Assembly: GCA_964245465.1 (NCBI GenBank)
Contig: CAXTNS010000005.1
Location: 1 to 29,377 of the forward strand
DNA: 29,377 nucleotides
From: an uncultured Thermoanaerobaculia bacterium
GTDB taxonomy: Bacteria; Acidobacteriota; Thermoanaerobaculia; Multivoradales; UBA5704
Reading direction: 5' to 3'
Part shown: in pieces, positions 8,972 through 17,344 of the stretch
How positions within the stretch are numbered: the first letter of the stretch is position 1
Layout: every line of letters begins with the position of its first letter
Translations under genes and position numbers: made by a program
Notes under the pieces: model-generated
Databases searched by the model: none
Told to the model about the DNA's origin: nothing
Seen by the model: only the letters and a program-made list of their open reading frames with translations

Positions 8972-9343
8972 CTAAGGCTTGGGAGTCTGGGCAGCCGGGG
9001 TCTTGCTCACGCGCGGCCCGCGGGGTCCCGTCTTGCGGGGGCGGAGCCCGAACTTCACGAGCTCATCACTGGTGAAGCCGAAGCTCCCCTTGAGATGGGA
9101 GGCCGCCCGGCGCCGCAGGGTCTCGCCGCGCTTCTCGAGATCCTGCCGCCGATGGACAACGTCCTGCAGCCGCCCGCGTGCTTCCTCCTGCTCGCTGTCA
9201 AGGGACCTGGCCTCGATGACCAGACCATCGAGCTCGGTCACGATCTCCTGGAGGAACGGCATCTCCGGCAGATGCGGTCTGACGTTGGTGATGAACAGCA
9301 CCCACTCCGTGATCTTTTTGGCAAACGCCTGTGCTTTTCTCAT
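8972..9343 (-). CDS. Helical/coiled-coil hypothetical protein with basic C-terminal tail (123 aa)
   Basis: RBS-like GAAAGGAGAAAGT directly before the ATG. Amphipathic helices and a FG...DEL.KFG.RP...R motif. Confidence 0.75.
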   Translation of the reverse strand: MRKAQAFAKKITEWVLFITNVRPHLPEMPFLQEIVTELDGLVIEARSLDSEQEEARGRLQDVVHRRQDLEKRGETLRRRAASHLKGSFGFTSDELVKFGLRPRKTGPRGPRVSKTPAAQTPKP

Positions 9344-9493
9344 ACTTTCTCCTTTCGGTGTTCAGGTTGAACGACAGTCTGTGTTTGATGGGCTCTTGGA
9401 TTCCGGCTCCCCGGCGGCCCACGGTTTTTATTCATCCATCCTTCTCCTCTGGTCCTGGTGGCGACATTGCCCGTAATGCCAACGACAGGGAGA

Positions 9494-9522
9494 GTATTAG
9501 ACGTGAAGAGTCAACATGTCAA
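9494..9522 (-). promoter_or_regulatory. Putative sigma70 promoter for the 8972..9343 gene
   Basis: Minus strand TTGACA (9517-9522), 17 nt spacer, TAATAC (9494-9499), in an AT-richer intergenic stretch. The -10 is imperfect. Confidence 0.3.
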
Positions 9523-9742
9523 GAGAAATTTTCGTCAAATACGGCTAATCTAGACTTTAATTTGTTTCCGTGGTCCAAACAATGTTTGGGGGGCTTGAAC
9601 AATGATTGGAGTGCCGGAACATTGTCTGGACGGTGGGAACGTCATTCCTGGCGCCGTTCGGCTGTTTCAGGGGTTGAGGAATTGATCCAGGCAGGAGAAC
9701 AATGTTCGAGGAGCCGGACCGGCCTGGAGTAAAGTACCCGCC

Positions 9743-10582
9743 ATGTTCCAGCGCAAACGGACCGGCTCCATCCTCTGCCCGTCGTGCGGCAAGCTGGTCG
9801 GGGTCAACGACGACGTCTGTTGGAACTGCGGGCGCAAGAACCCCGGGATGTGGGGGCTCACCGCCGTCTTCCGCAAGCTCGGCCAAGACCTGGGATTCGT
9901 CCAGGTGGTCATCGTGGGCACGGCCTTCCTCTATATCGCCATGCTCGTGGTCGATCCCGAGGGCATCCGCATGGGCGGGCTCCTCTCGATCGGTATGCCC
10001 AGCCAGGAAAGCCTGTTGCGGTTCGGGGCGGCCGGCCGGTATCCCGTCTGGGCTTTCGGCCGCTGGTGGACGGTCCTCTCCGCGGGCTGGCTCCACGCGG
10101 GCCTGCTGCACATCGGATTCAACCTCTATTGGATCCGGCTCCTGGCACCCGAGGCGGCCGAGCTGTATGGTGCCGGGCGGATGGTCGTCATCTACACGGT
10201 CTCCTCGATCGTGGGCTTCTTCGTCAGCAGCTCGATCGGGCTGGTGCTGCCGTTCTTCAGTGGCGCGGGGCTCACGGTGGGAGCTTCGGCACCCATCCTG
10301 GGTCTGCTCGGGGCTCTCGTCCACTACGGGCGGCGCACCGGCAGTGGCACCTTGGGACGGCAGGCCTGGAGCTACGCTATCTTCATGATCGCCTTCGGGT
10401 TCCTGATGCGCGGCGTGGACAACTGGGCCCACCTCGGCGGCTTCGCGGGCGGCTATCTGGCCAGCCTGCTGGTCGATCCCCGGCGGCCGGAGCGGGGCAA
10501 CGACCTCGCCCTGGCGCTGATCTGCCTGGTGCTGACGGCGGCTTCGATCGTGGCGTCGCTGGTGGTCCCGGTGCCGGTGTAG
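9743..10582 (+). CDS. Rhomboid family intramembrane serine protease with N-terminal zinc ribbon
   Basis: CPSCG...CWNCG N-terminus, LHAGLLHIGFN, catalytic GAS (VGASAP) and AHLGG, multiple TM helices. Confidence 0.92.
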   Translation: MFQRKRTGSILCPSCGKLVGVNDDVCWNCGRKNPGMWGLTAVFRKLGQDLGFVQVVIVGTAFLYIAMLVVDPEGIRMGGLLSIGMPSQESLLRFGAAGRYPVWAFGRWWTVLSAGWLHAGLLHIGFNLYWIRLLAPEAAELYGAGRMVVIYTVSSIVGFFVSSSIGLVLPFFSGAGLTVGASAPILGLLGALVHYGRRTGSGTLGRQAWSYAIFMIAFGFLMRGVDNWAHLGGFAGGYLASLLVDPRRPERGNDLALALICLVLTAASIVASLVVPVPV

Positions 10583-10595
10583 GGGCGGAAGGAGA

Positions 10596-11003
10596 TCAAC
10601 TCGCCTCAAACGGATTGAGGATCTCAGTTCCAAAGGGTGTGAAGTCCCGGACATTTCGCGTTACGACCACCAGATTGTGGTTGATCGCGGTAGCTGCGAT
10701 GAGCGCATCGGCCAACAGATCGTCGGAACGCCGATGTATAAGCTTTGCCCAGATGCGAGCAGTCCGATCGTCAATTGGCAGGACGTTCCAAGTCTTTGCC
10801 ACTTGGTCGATCCACGACTCAATCTCGGCGGCCTTGTCCGGATTCTGCTCGCGGGTCATCTCGACCCCTGCTTGGAGCTCGCCCAGAGTTACAGCAGACA
10901 AGTGAAGGTCGTGGTCGGCAACTGCTTTGAGCCAAGCGACAACGGCGCCATGGGGCCGGGACCGTCTAAGCTCCGAGATGACATTGGTATCGAGGAGGTA
11001 CAT
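10596..11003 (-). CDS. vapC: VapC-family PIN-domain toxin
   Basis: MYLLDTNVISE, ELQAG, DALIAATA, VTRNVRDF. Confidence 0.92.
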   Translation of the reverse strand: MYLLDTNVISELRRSRPHGAVVAWLKAVADHDLHLSAVTLGELQAGVEMTREQNPDKAAEIESWIDQVAKTWNVLPIDDRTARIWAKLIHRRSDDLLADALIAATAINHNLVVVTRNVRDFTPFGTEILNPFEAS

Positions 11004-11008
11004 AAGGG

Positions 11009-11263
11009 CTATTCGAGCTCTTCAGGCGGCCGCCGACGCCACTGGCGGCGTGGAGCGATCGGGATCTCGGCACGTGGCGTATCGGCGAGGAGCAACTCCT
11101 TGAGAGTCGGCCGAGAGGAGGGCTGGCCTCCCATGGAGGCTGCCGAGGGCACCTCAGCATCGGGAACGACGATATACACTCTGGCCTTCTCCGGTAGGTG
11201 GATACTAACCGGCAGCCGGACCTGACCGTTCTCCACGATTCCCTCGAACGCAGTGACTTTCAT
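11009..11263 (-). CDS. Antitoxin (84 aa), DUF104/AbrB-like N-terminus with a Phd-partner-like C-terminal tail
   Basis: Directly upstream of vapC. N-terminus AFEGIVENGQVRLP...LPE...VYIVVP; C-terminus RPTLKELLLADTPRAEIPIAPRRQWRRRP. Start at ATG 11263. Confidence 0.75.
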   Translation of the reverse strand: MKVTAFEGIVENGQVRLPVSIHLPEKARVYIVVPDAEVPSAASMGGQPSSRPTLKELLLADTPRAEIPIAPRRQWRRRPPEELE

Positions 11264-11283
11264 GGATTGGATTCTAGCGCCGT

Positions 11284-11931
11284 TCACTCCTCCGGCACGA
11301 TTCCCAACTCCTTGGCCCGGCGGCGCACCTGGTAGGCGTCGTGGGTCTCCTGGGAGCTGAAGCGCTCTTCTGTCCAGGGATCGCCGTAGGTGTGGTAGCC
11401 GTTCTCTTCCCAAAAGCCGCGGCGGTCCTCATTCATCAGCTCGATGCCGTTCACCCACTTGGCGCTCTTCCAGGCGTAGAGGTGGGGCACGATGAGGCGC
11501 ACCGGGCCTCCGTGGTCCACCAGAAGGGGATTGCCGTTGTGGCGGTCCACCAGGAGGGACCGTTCCGAGAGGAAGTCCTCCAGCGGCAGGTTGGTCGTGT
11601 ACCCGCCGTAGCAGTGGACCATGACGTGCGAGGCCTCGGGATCGACCCGGACATGCCGGATCAGCTCGCGGGTCGCCACCCCCTCCCAGCCGTTGTCCAG
11701 GGTGGAGAAGCGGGTGACGCAGTGGAAGTCGGCCGTGACGCGGACGCGGGGCAGGGCCTGGAAGTCCTTCCAGGAGAACGTTTTCTCTTCGGCGACGAGA
11801 CCGAAGATCCGCAGGGTCCACTTCTCCGGCTGGATCGACGGGGTGCGGCCGTAGGTGAGGACGGGCCATTTGTTGGTGACGTACTGGCCCGGGGGGACCC
11901 GGTCGTTGCCGGTATGTGGGGTGTCGTCCAT
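11284..11931 (-). CDS. Sulfite-oxidase-like molybdopterin-dependent oxidoreductase (MsrP/YuiH-like, no Tat signal)
   Basis: RVPPGQY, DFHCVTRFS (Mo-ligand Cys), HGGPVRLIVPHLYAWKSAKWV, GFWEENGYH. Start at ATG 11931, preceded by AGGAGAG. Confidence 0.88.
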   Translation of the reverse strand: MDDTPHTGNDRVPPGQYVTNKWPVLTYGRTPSIQPEKWTLRIFGLVAEEKTFSWKDFQALPRVRVTADFHCVTRFSTLDNGWEGVATRELIRHVRVDPEASHVMVHCYGGYTTNLPLEDFLSERSLLVDRHNGNPLLVDHGGPVRLIVPHLYAWKSAKWVNGIELMNEDRRGFWEENGYHTYGDPWTEERFSSQETHDAYQVRRRAKELGIVPEE

Positions 11932-12006
11932 GGCTCTCCTCTCCCTCCTTGGATGCCGCCTCCGCGGATAAGGATACATGCGGGATTGTGCTAGCTTGAT
12001 CGAGCG

Positions 12007-12942
12007 ATGCCGCTCACCCTGGAAAAACCTGCCACTCGCAGCCGGCCAGCCGGCATCCTGGAGCTGATCGGCGGCACCCCGCTCCTCGACCTTTCGGGGC
12101 TCACGGGCAAGCCGGGAGTGAGGCTCTACGCCAAGGCCGAGCACGCCAACCCGGGGGGATCGGTGAAGGACCGGCCCGCGCTCGCCATGGTGGAGGACGC
12201 CGAGCGGCGGGGGCTGTTCGCGGCCGGCCGGCGCCTGCTCGACGCCACCTCCGGGAACACGGGGATCGCCTACGCCATGATCGGCGCGGCCAAGGGGATC
12301 CCGGTCACCCTGTGCCTGCCCGGGAGCGCGAGCCCCGAGCGCAAGCGCATCCTCAGGGCGTATGGGGCCGAGCTGCGGATCACCGATCCCATGGAAGGCA
12401 GCGACGGAGCCATCCTGGAAGCCCGGCGGCTGGTAGCCGGGGAGCCGGAGCGCTGGGCCTATCTGGACCAGTATTCGAACCCCGAGAACTGGCGGGCCCA
12501 CTACCGCACGACCGGCCCCGAGATCTGGGAGCAGACGGGCGGGACGGTCACCCACTTCGTCGCCGGCCTCGGCACGAGCGGCACCTTCATGGGCGTCGGC
12601 CGATATCTGAAGGAGACGAATCCCGGCATCCGGCTGATCTCCGTCGAGCCCGACTCGCCGTTCCACGGTCTGGAGGGGATGAAGCACATGGCCTCAGCCA
12701 TCGTTCCGCCCATCTACGACCCGGCGCTGGCGGACGAGGCCTTGGAGCTGGCCGCGGAGAGGGCCCATGCCATGGTCAAGCGGCTGGCCCGCGAGGCCGG
12801 TCTCCTCGTGGGCGTCTCGTCCGGCTGCAACGTGGCGGCGGCGCTCGACGTGGCGTCCGGGCTGGAGGAGGGGGTGCTCGTCACCGTCCTCTGCGACGGC
12901 GCGGACAAGTACCTGTCCGACCGCTTCTGGGAGGACGCTTGA
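12007..12942 (+). CDS. cysM: PLP-dependent cysteine synthase family protein (CysM-like)
   Basis: IGGTPL, NPGGSVKDR (PLP Lys), ATSGNTG, GLGTSGT, GVSSG. Clustered with JAB and Ubl-MoeB genes. Confidence 0.88.
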   Translation: MPLTLEKPATRSRPAGILELIGGTPLLDLSGLTGKPGVRLYAKAEHANPGGSVKDRPALAMVEDAERRGLFAAGRRLLDATSGNTGIAYAMIGAAKGIPVTLCLPGSASPERKRILRAYGAELRITDPMEGSDGAILEARRLVAGEPERWAYLDQYSNPENWRAHYRTTGPEIWEQTGGTVTHFVAGLGTSGTFMGVGRYLKETNPGIRLISVEPDSPFHGLEGMKHMASAIVPPIYDPALADEALELAAERAHAMVKRLAREAGLLVGVSSGCNVAAALDVASGLEEGVLVTVLCDGADKYLSDRFWEDA

Positions 12943-13373
12943 GCCGCGTCCTCGTCTCGCCCCAGGACCTGGAGAGGATGGGCCGCCACGGCGAGGCGAG
13001 CTATCCCGAGGAGTGCTGCGGCTTCCTGATCGGCCGGACTGTTGAAGAAGAGACCGTCGTCGAGCGCGTCCTGTCCGTGGACAACGAGCGGCAGGACAGC
13101 CGGCACAACCGGTTCCTGATCCATCCCGAGACGGTGCTCGCGGCGCACAAGGAGGCCCGGGCCGCGGGGCTCGACGTCGTCGGCTACTATCATTCCCACC
13201 CGGACCATCCGGCGCGGCCGAGCGAGTTCGACCGCGAGCACGCGTGGCCGGGGCTTTCCTACGTCATCGTCTCCGTGGCGGGCGGCAAGGTGGCCGAAAC
13301 CCGGAGCTGGCGCCTCTCCGATGACCGCGAAAGGTTCGAGGAAGAGGCCCTCGAGAAGGAGAATGCGAAGTGA
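12939..13373 (+). CDS. JAB/MPN+ (M67, Mec+-like) metalloprotease
   Basis: YPEECCG and YHSHPDHPARPSEFD (JAMM motif). TTG start at 12939 overlaps the cysM stop and follows GGGAGGA. Confidence 0.9.
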   Translation: MSRVLVSPQDLERMGRHGEASYPEECCGFLIGRTVEEETVVERVLSVDNERQDSRHNRFLIHPETVLAAHKEARAAGLDVVGYYHSHPDHPARPSEFDREHAWPGLSYVIVSVAGGKVAETRSWRLSDDRERFEEEALEKENAK

Positions 13374-14830
13374 GCGTCACCATCCACATCCCCACTCCCC
13401 TGCGCCGGTTCACCGGGGATCAGGGCGAAGTCCAGGTCGAGGGCGCCACGGTCGGCGAGGCCATGCAGGACCTCACCCGCCGCCACCCCTCGCTCCAGCG
13501 CCACCTCTTCACCGACGACGGCGCGTTGCGCAGCTTCGTCAACGTCTTCCTGAATGATGAGGACGTGCGGCATCTCGAGAAGGACGGGACCCGGCTGTCC
13601 AACGGCGACACCCTCTCGATCATCCCCTCCATTGCGGGGGGAGTGAGCGCGCTCGAAAAGGGTCAGGCCCCCGCAGTCACTGAGGAGCTGCCGGACCTGT
13701 CGCCGGGCGAGATCCGCCACTACAGCCGCCACCTGATCCTGCCCGAGGTCGGGACCGTGGGGCAGAAGAAGCTCAAGGCGGCCAAGGTGCTGACGATCGG
13801 CGCCGGCGGCCTGGGCTCCCCCCTGGGGCTCTACCTCGCCGCCGCCGGAGTGGGCACGCTGGGGATGGTGGACTTCGACGTGGTGGACGAGAGCAACCTG
13901 CACCGGCAGGTCCTCTTCGGCCGCTCTTCCGTGGGCCGGCCCAAGATCCAGGCGGCTGCCGAGCGGCTGCGGGACATCAACCCCCACATCGAGATCGTCC
14001 CCCACGAGACGCGCCTCGACTCCTCGAACGCCCTGGAGCTGTTCGAGGACTACGACATCGTGGTGGACGGCACGGACAACTTCCCGACCCGCTATCTCGT
14101 CAACGATGCCTGCGTGCTGCTGGGCAAGCCGAACGTCTACGGCTCGATCTTCCGCTTCGAGGGGCAGGTCTCGGTGTTCTGGGGGGCTCGCGGGCCCTGC
14201 TACCGGTGCCTTTTCCCGGAGCCGCCGCCGCCGGGGCTCGTCCCCTCCTGCGCGGAGGGCGGCGTGCTGGGGGTGCTGCCGGGCATCATCGGCTCGCTTC
14301 AGGCCAACGAGGTCATCAAGCTGATCGTGGGCGCGGGCGACCCGCTGATCGGCCGGCTGGTCCTCTTCGACGCCCTCAAGATGAAGTTCCGCGAGCTGAA
14401 GCTCCGGAAGAGCCCGGACTGCCCCATCTGCTCGGAGAACCCCACGCAGACCGAGCTCATCGACTACCAGCAGTTCTGCGGGATCGATCCCCAGGAGGAC
14501 AAGGTGGAACAAGCCTTCGAGATGTCCGTTTCCGAGCTCAAGCAGTGGCTCGATGAAGGACGGCAGGTGACGATCCTCGACGTCCGCAACCCTCCGGAAT
14601 GGGAGATCTGCCGCATCGAGGGCGCGAAGCTGATCCCCATGGGGGAGATCCAGGACCGCTTGGGCGAGCTCGATCCCGCGGACACCATCGTGGCCCACTG
14701 CCACCACGGAGCGCGCTCGGCCCGGGTCGTCAACTTCCTGCGCCAGATGGGCTTCTCGCGGGCCATCAACCTGGCGGGTGGGATCGACGCGTGGAGCGCC
14801 GAGGTGGATCCGTCGGTGCCGCGGTACTGA
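13370..14830 (+). CDS. moeB: MoaD/CysO-like Ubl - MoeB/ThiF E1 - rhodanese fusion (MoeZ-like)
   Basis: The N-terminal beta-grasp ends in PSIAGG. Then GAGGLG, DFDVVDESNLHRQ, PCYRCLF, PSCAEGG, CPIC, and a rhodanese with HCHHGARS. Confidence 0.92.
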   Translation: MSVTIHIPTPLRRFTGDQGEVQVEGATVGEAMQDLTRRHPSLQRHLFTDDGALRSFVNVFLNDEDVRHLEKDGTRLSNGDTLSIIPSIAGGVSALEKGQAPAVTEELPDLSPGEIRHYSRHLILPEVGTVGQKKLKAAKVLTIGAGGLGSPLGLYLAAAGVGTLGMVDFDVVDESNLHRQVLFGRSSVGRPKIQAAAERLRDINPHIEIVPHETRLDSSNALELFEDYDIVVDGTDNFPTRYLVNDACVLLGKPNVYGSIFRFEGQVSVFWGARGPCYRCLFPEPPPPGLVPSCAEGGVLGVLPGIIGSLQANEVIKLIVGAGDPLIGRLVLFDALKMKFRELKLRKSPDCPICSENPTQTELIDYQQFCGIDPQEDKVEQAFEMSVSELKQWLDEGRQVTILDVRNPPEWEICRIEGAKLIPMGEIQDRLGELDPADTIVAHCHHGARSARVVNFLRQMGFSRAINLAGGIDAWSAEVDPSVPRY

Positions 14831-14942
14831 GGATGCCGTCGCGTCCCCGCCCGGGCATTTATACCCGGGCGAGGGTGCCTTCGTAGATAATCCTCCCCGC
14901 GAAGAGACGGGTTTCCAGCCGTCTTTGGAAGGAGAGTTAACC

Positions 14943-16502
14943 TTGAGAAAACAAAGAAATCGGTGGCTCGCCGTCGCCTTCCTCGCCCTCCTCTGCCTCC
15001 CCCCCGCCATCGCCCAGCCGCCGGGCAGGATGGCGGACGAGGGTATGACGAAAAAGGAGGAGAAGACCCCCAAGTCCGAGTGGCCCAAGGTGGAGGACAG
15101 CATTGTCCAGACCCAGCACCGGGCCACCATCGGCGGCAAGGAGATCCGCTACACGGCGACCGCCGGCACGCTCGTGCTCCGGGAGGAGAACGGCAAGGCC
15201 CGGGCCAACATTTTCTTCACCGCCTATACCCGGGACGGCGTCACCGACTTTTCCAAGCGGCCTATCACCTATACCTACAACGGCGGTCCCGGGTCGTCTT
15301 CCGTCTGGCTCCATCTAGGGGCCTTCGGGCCTCGCCGTGTGGAGATGGGCGATGCGGGACAGGTCGTGCCCCCTCCGTACCGGCTGGTCGACAACGGCGA
15401 GTCGCTCCTCGACGTGACCGACCTCGTCTTCATCGATCCCGTCACCACGGGCTACAGCCGGGCCGTCGAAGGGGAAGACCCGAAGAATTTCTACGGTCTC
15501 AGGGAAGACGCGGAGACCGTCGCTGAATTCATCCGCCTCTGGACGGTCCGGTATGGCCGCTGGTCGAGCCCCAAGTTCCTGGCGGGCGAGAGCTACGGCA
15601 CCACCCGCTCCGCCCGGCTCTCGGACCTCCTCCAGCAGCGCCATGGAATGTACCTGAACGGCGTCGTCCTGATCTCCTCGATCCTCAACTTCCAGACGGC
15701 CCGCTTCGCCGTGGGCAACGACCTGCCCTACCCGCTGTTCCTGCCCACCTACACGGCCACGGCCTGGTATCACAAGCGCCTGCCTCAGGATCTCCAGTCG
15801 GGCAGCGTCCAGAAGGCCGTGGAGGAGGCACGTCGCTTCGCCATGGGCGAGTACACGGCGGCGCTGATGCAGGGCAACGACCTCGGCGAGCAGGGCTGGA
15901 ACGACATCGCGGCCAAGGTCGCCCGCTATACGGGTCTCTCGGTAGACTTCGTCAAACGGACGAATCTGCGGCCGGAGATCCAGGCCTTCGTCAAGGAATT
16001 GATGCGCGACCAGCGCACCACCGTGGGCCGTCTCGACAGCCGCTTCAAGGGGATCGACCGCGACGCGGCCGGCGAGGAGAACGAGTTCGATCCCAGCTAC
16101 GCGGCCATCCAGGGGCCGTATACCGCTACCTTCAACTCCTACGTGCGCCAGGATCTCGGCTTCAAGAGCGACCTCCCCTACGAGATCCTCACCGACCGCG
16201 TGAGGCCCTGGAACTACAGCGAGGCCCAGAACCAGTACGCCAACGTAGCCGAGGACCTGCGCCGGGCCATGAGCCAGAACCCGGCTCTGAAGGTCTTTGT
16301 AGGCAACGGCTACTTCGACCTGGCGACCCCCTTCTTCGCCACTGAGTACACCTTCAACCACATCGCCTTCGATCCCGGTTACAAGGAGCGGGTGACCTTC
16401 AAATACTACGAGGCGGGTCACATGATGTACGTCCGCCCGGTGGACAGGGAGCAACTCAAGCGGGACGTGGCGGCGTTCATCGCGGCGGCGAGCGGGGGAT
16501 AG
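14943..16502 (+). CDS. Secreted S10 serine carboxypeptidase
   Basis: Signal peptide (MRKQRNRWLAVAFLALLCLPPAIA) from TTG 14943 after GGAG. NGGPGSSS, GESYG, DLATP, AGHMMY. Confidence 0.9.
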   Translation: MRKQRNRWLAVAFLALLCLPPAIAQPPGRMADEGMTKKEEKTPKSEWPKVEDSIVQTQHRATIGGKEIRYTATAGTLVLREENGKARANIFFTAYTRDGVTDFSKRPITYTYNGGPGSSSVWLHLGAFGPRRVEMGDAGQVVPPPYRLVDNGESLLDVTDLVFIDPVTTGYSRAVEGEDPKNFYGLREDAETVAEFIRLWTVRYGRWSSPKFLAGESYGTTRSARLSDLLQQRHGMYLNGVVLISSILNFQTARFAVGNDLPYPLFLPTYTATAWYHKRLPQDLQSGSVQKAVEEARRFAMGEYTAALMQGNDLGEQGWNDIAAKVARYTGLSVDFVKRTNLRPEIQAFVKELMRDQRTTVGRLDSRFKGIDRDAAGEENEFDPSYAAIQGPYTATFNSYVRQDLGFKSDLPYEILTDRVRPWNYSEAQNQYANVAEDLRRAMSQNPALKVFVGNGYFDLATPFFATEYTFNHIAFDPGYKERVTFKYYEAGHMMYVRPVDREQLKRDVAAFIAAASGG

Positions 16503-16523
16503 GCGGGGATATATACTGATGTC

Positions 16524-16988
16524 ATGGACTGGCGTGAGCGCATCGCTGTGGACCCTGGTGTCCTGGTGGGCAAGCCCGTGATCAAGGGAACCCGGATCGC
16601 GGTGGAGCTGGTCATCGATCTGCTGGCACGTGGCTACACCAAGGAGCAGATCCTGGATCAATACGACCACATCACGGCAGAGGACATCCAGGCCTGTCTT
16701 GCTTACGCCAGTGAGACGCTTCAGCCAAGGAGCGCGAGGTATACTGGCTCCGTGCAGAGAGGCCTGATCCAGTCCGATCCTTCCGTGATGATGGGCAAGC
16801 CAGTTGTCGCCGGCACCCGGATCACTGTTGAATCGCTTCTGGAAAGGTTGGCGGCAGGCGAGACGATGGAGCAGATTCTCGATGCCCATCCTCGCCTGAC
16901 CCGTGAGGCGCTCCTGGCAGCCTTTGACTTTGCGGCGCGGGCCCTCCGTGCCGATGTGGTCTATCCCATCCCCGACAAAGCCGCGTGA
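16524..16988 (+). CDS. Tandem (double) DUF433 antitoxin
   Basis: Two copies of I..DP.V..GKPV..GTRI.VE.....LA.G.T.EQIL......T.E...A...A (aa 1-67 and 77-154). Confidence 0.88.
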   Translation: MDWRERIAVDPGVLVGKPVIKGTRIAVELVIDLLARGYTKEQILDQYDHITAEDIQACLAYASETLQPRSARYTGSVQRGLIQSDPSVMMGKPVVAGTRITVESLLERLAAGETMEQILDAHPRLTREALLAAFDFAARALRADVVYPIPDKAA

Positions 16989-17344
16989 AGCTCGTCGCCG
17001 ATGAAGGCGTCGATCGCCAGATCGTCGAATGTCTCCGTCGAGACGGACACGAGGTGATCTATGTTGCCGAGCTCGATCCGGGGATCGGGGACGACATGGT
17101 TCTGCAGTGGGCCGGCGAGAGCGGTGCTCTCCTCCTGACCGGCGACAAAGACTTCGGTGAGCTGGTGTTCCGTCAGAGGAAGGCAAGCAGGGGAGTGGTC
17201 TTGCTCCGGCTTGCTGGTTGGGCACCCGAAAGGAAGGCAGAGCTGGTCTCAGAATCCTTGCGCGAGCACGGGCGGGAGATGCAAGGTGCCTTCTCTGTGA
17301 TCTCCCCGACAGCTCTCCGGATCCGTCGTGAGCTACCCTTGTAG
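16985..17344 (+). CDS. DUF5615 PIN-like (VapC45-type) toxin
   Basis: MKLVADEGVD, LLTGDKDFGELVF, GVVLLRL. GTG start overlaps the DUF433 stop (GTGA). Confidence 0.88.
   Translation: MKLVADEGVDRQIVECLRRDGHEVIYVAELDPGIGDDMVLQWAGESGALLLTGDKDFGELVFRQRKASRGVVLLRLAGWAPERKAELVSESLREHGREMQGAFSVISPTALRIRRELPL

Noticed and set aside
11932-12687. N-terminal 252-aa extension of the oxidoreductase ORF (11284..12687)
   Set aside because: Antisense to cysM; the real domain starts at Met 11931 with its own RBS.
12312-12938. N-terminal extension of the JAB ORF (12312..13373)
   Set aside because: Overlaps cysM in another frame; TTG 12939 has an RBS and stop-start coupling.
12939-13373. JAB protease as the maturase of the KAGG peptides
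   Set aside because: JAMM enzymes recognise a folded beta-grasp domain before GG. The peptides have only an 11-aa leader and the JAB sits 10 kb away in a sulfur operon. The nearby rhomboid, S10 and M4 proteases likewise have no specific link.
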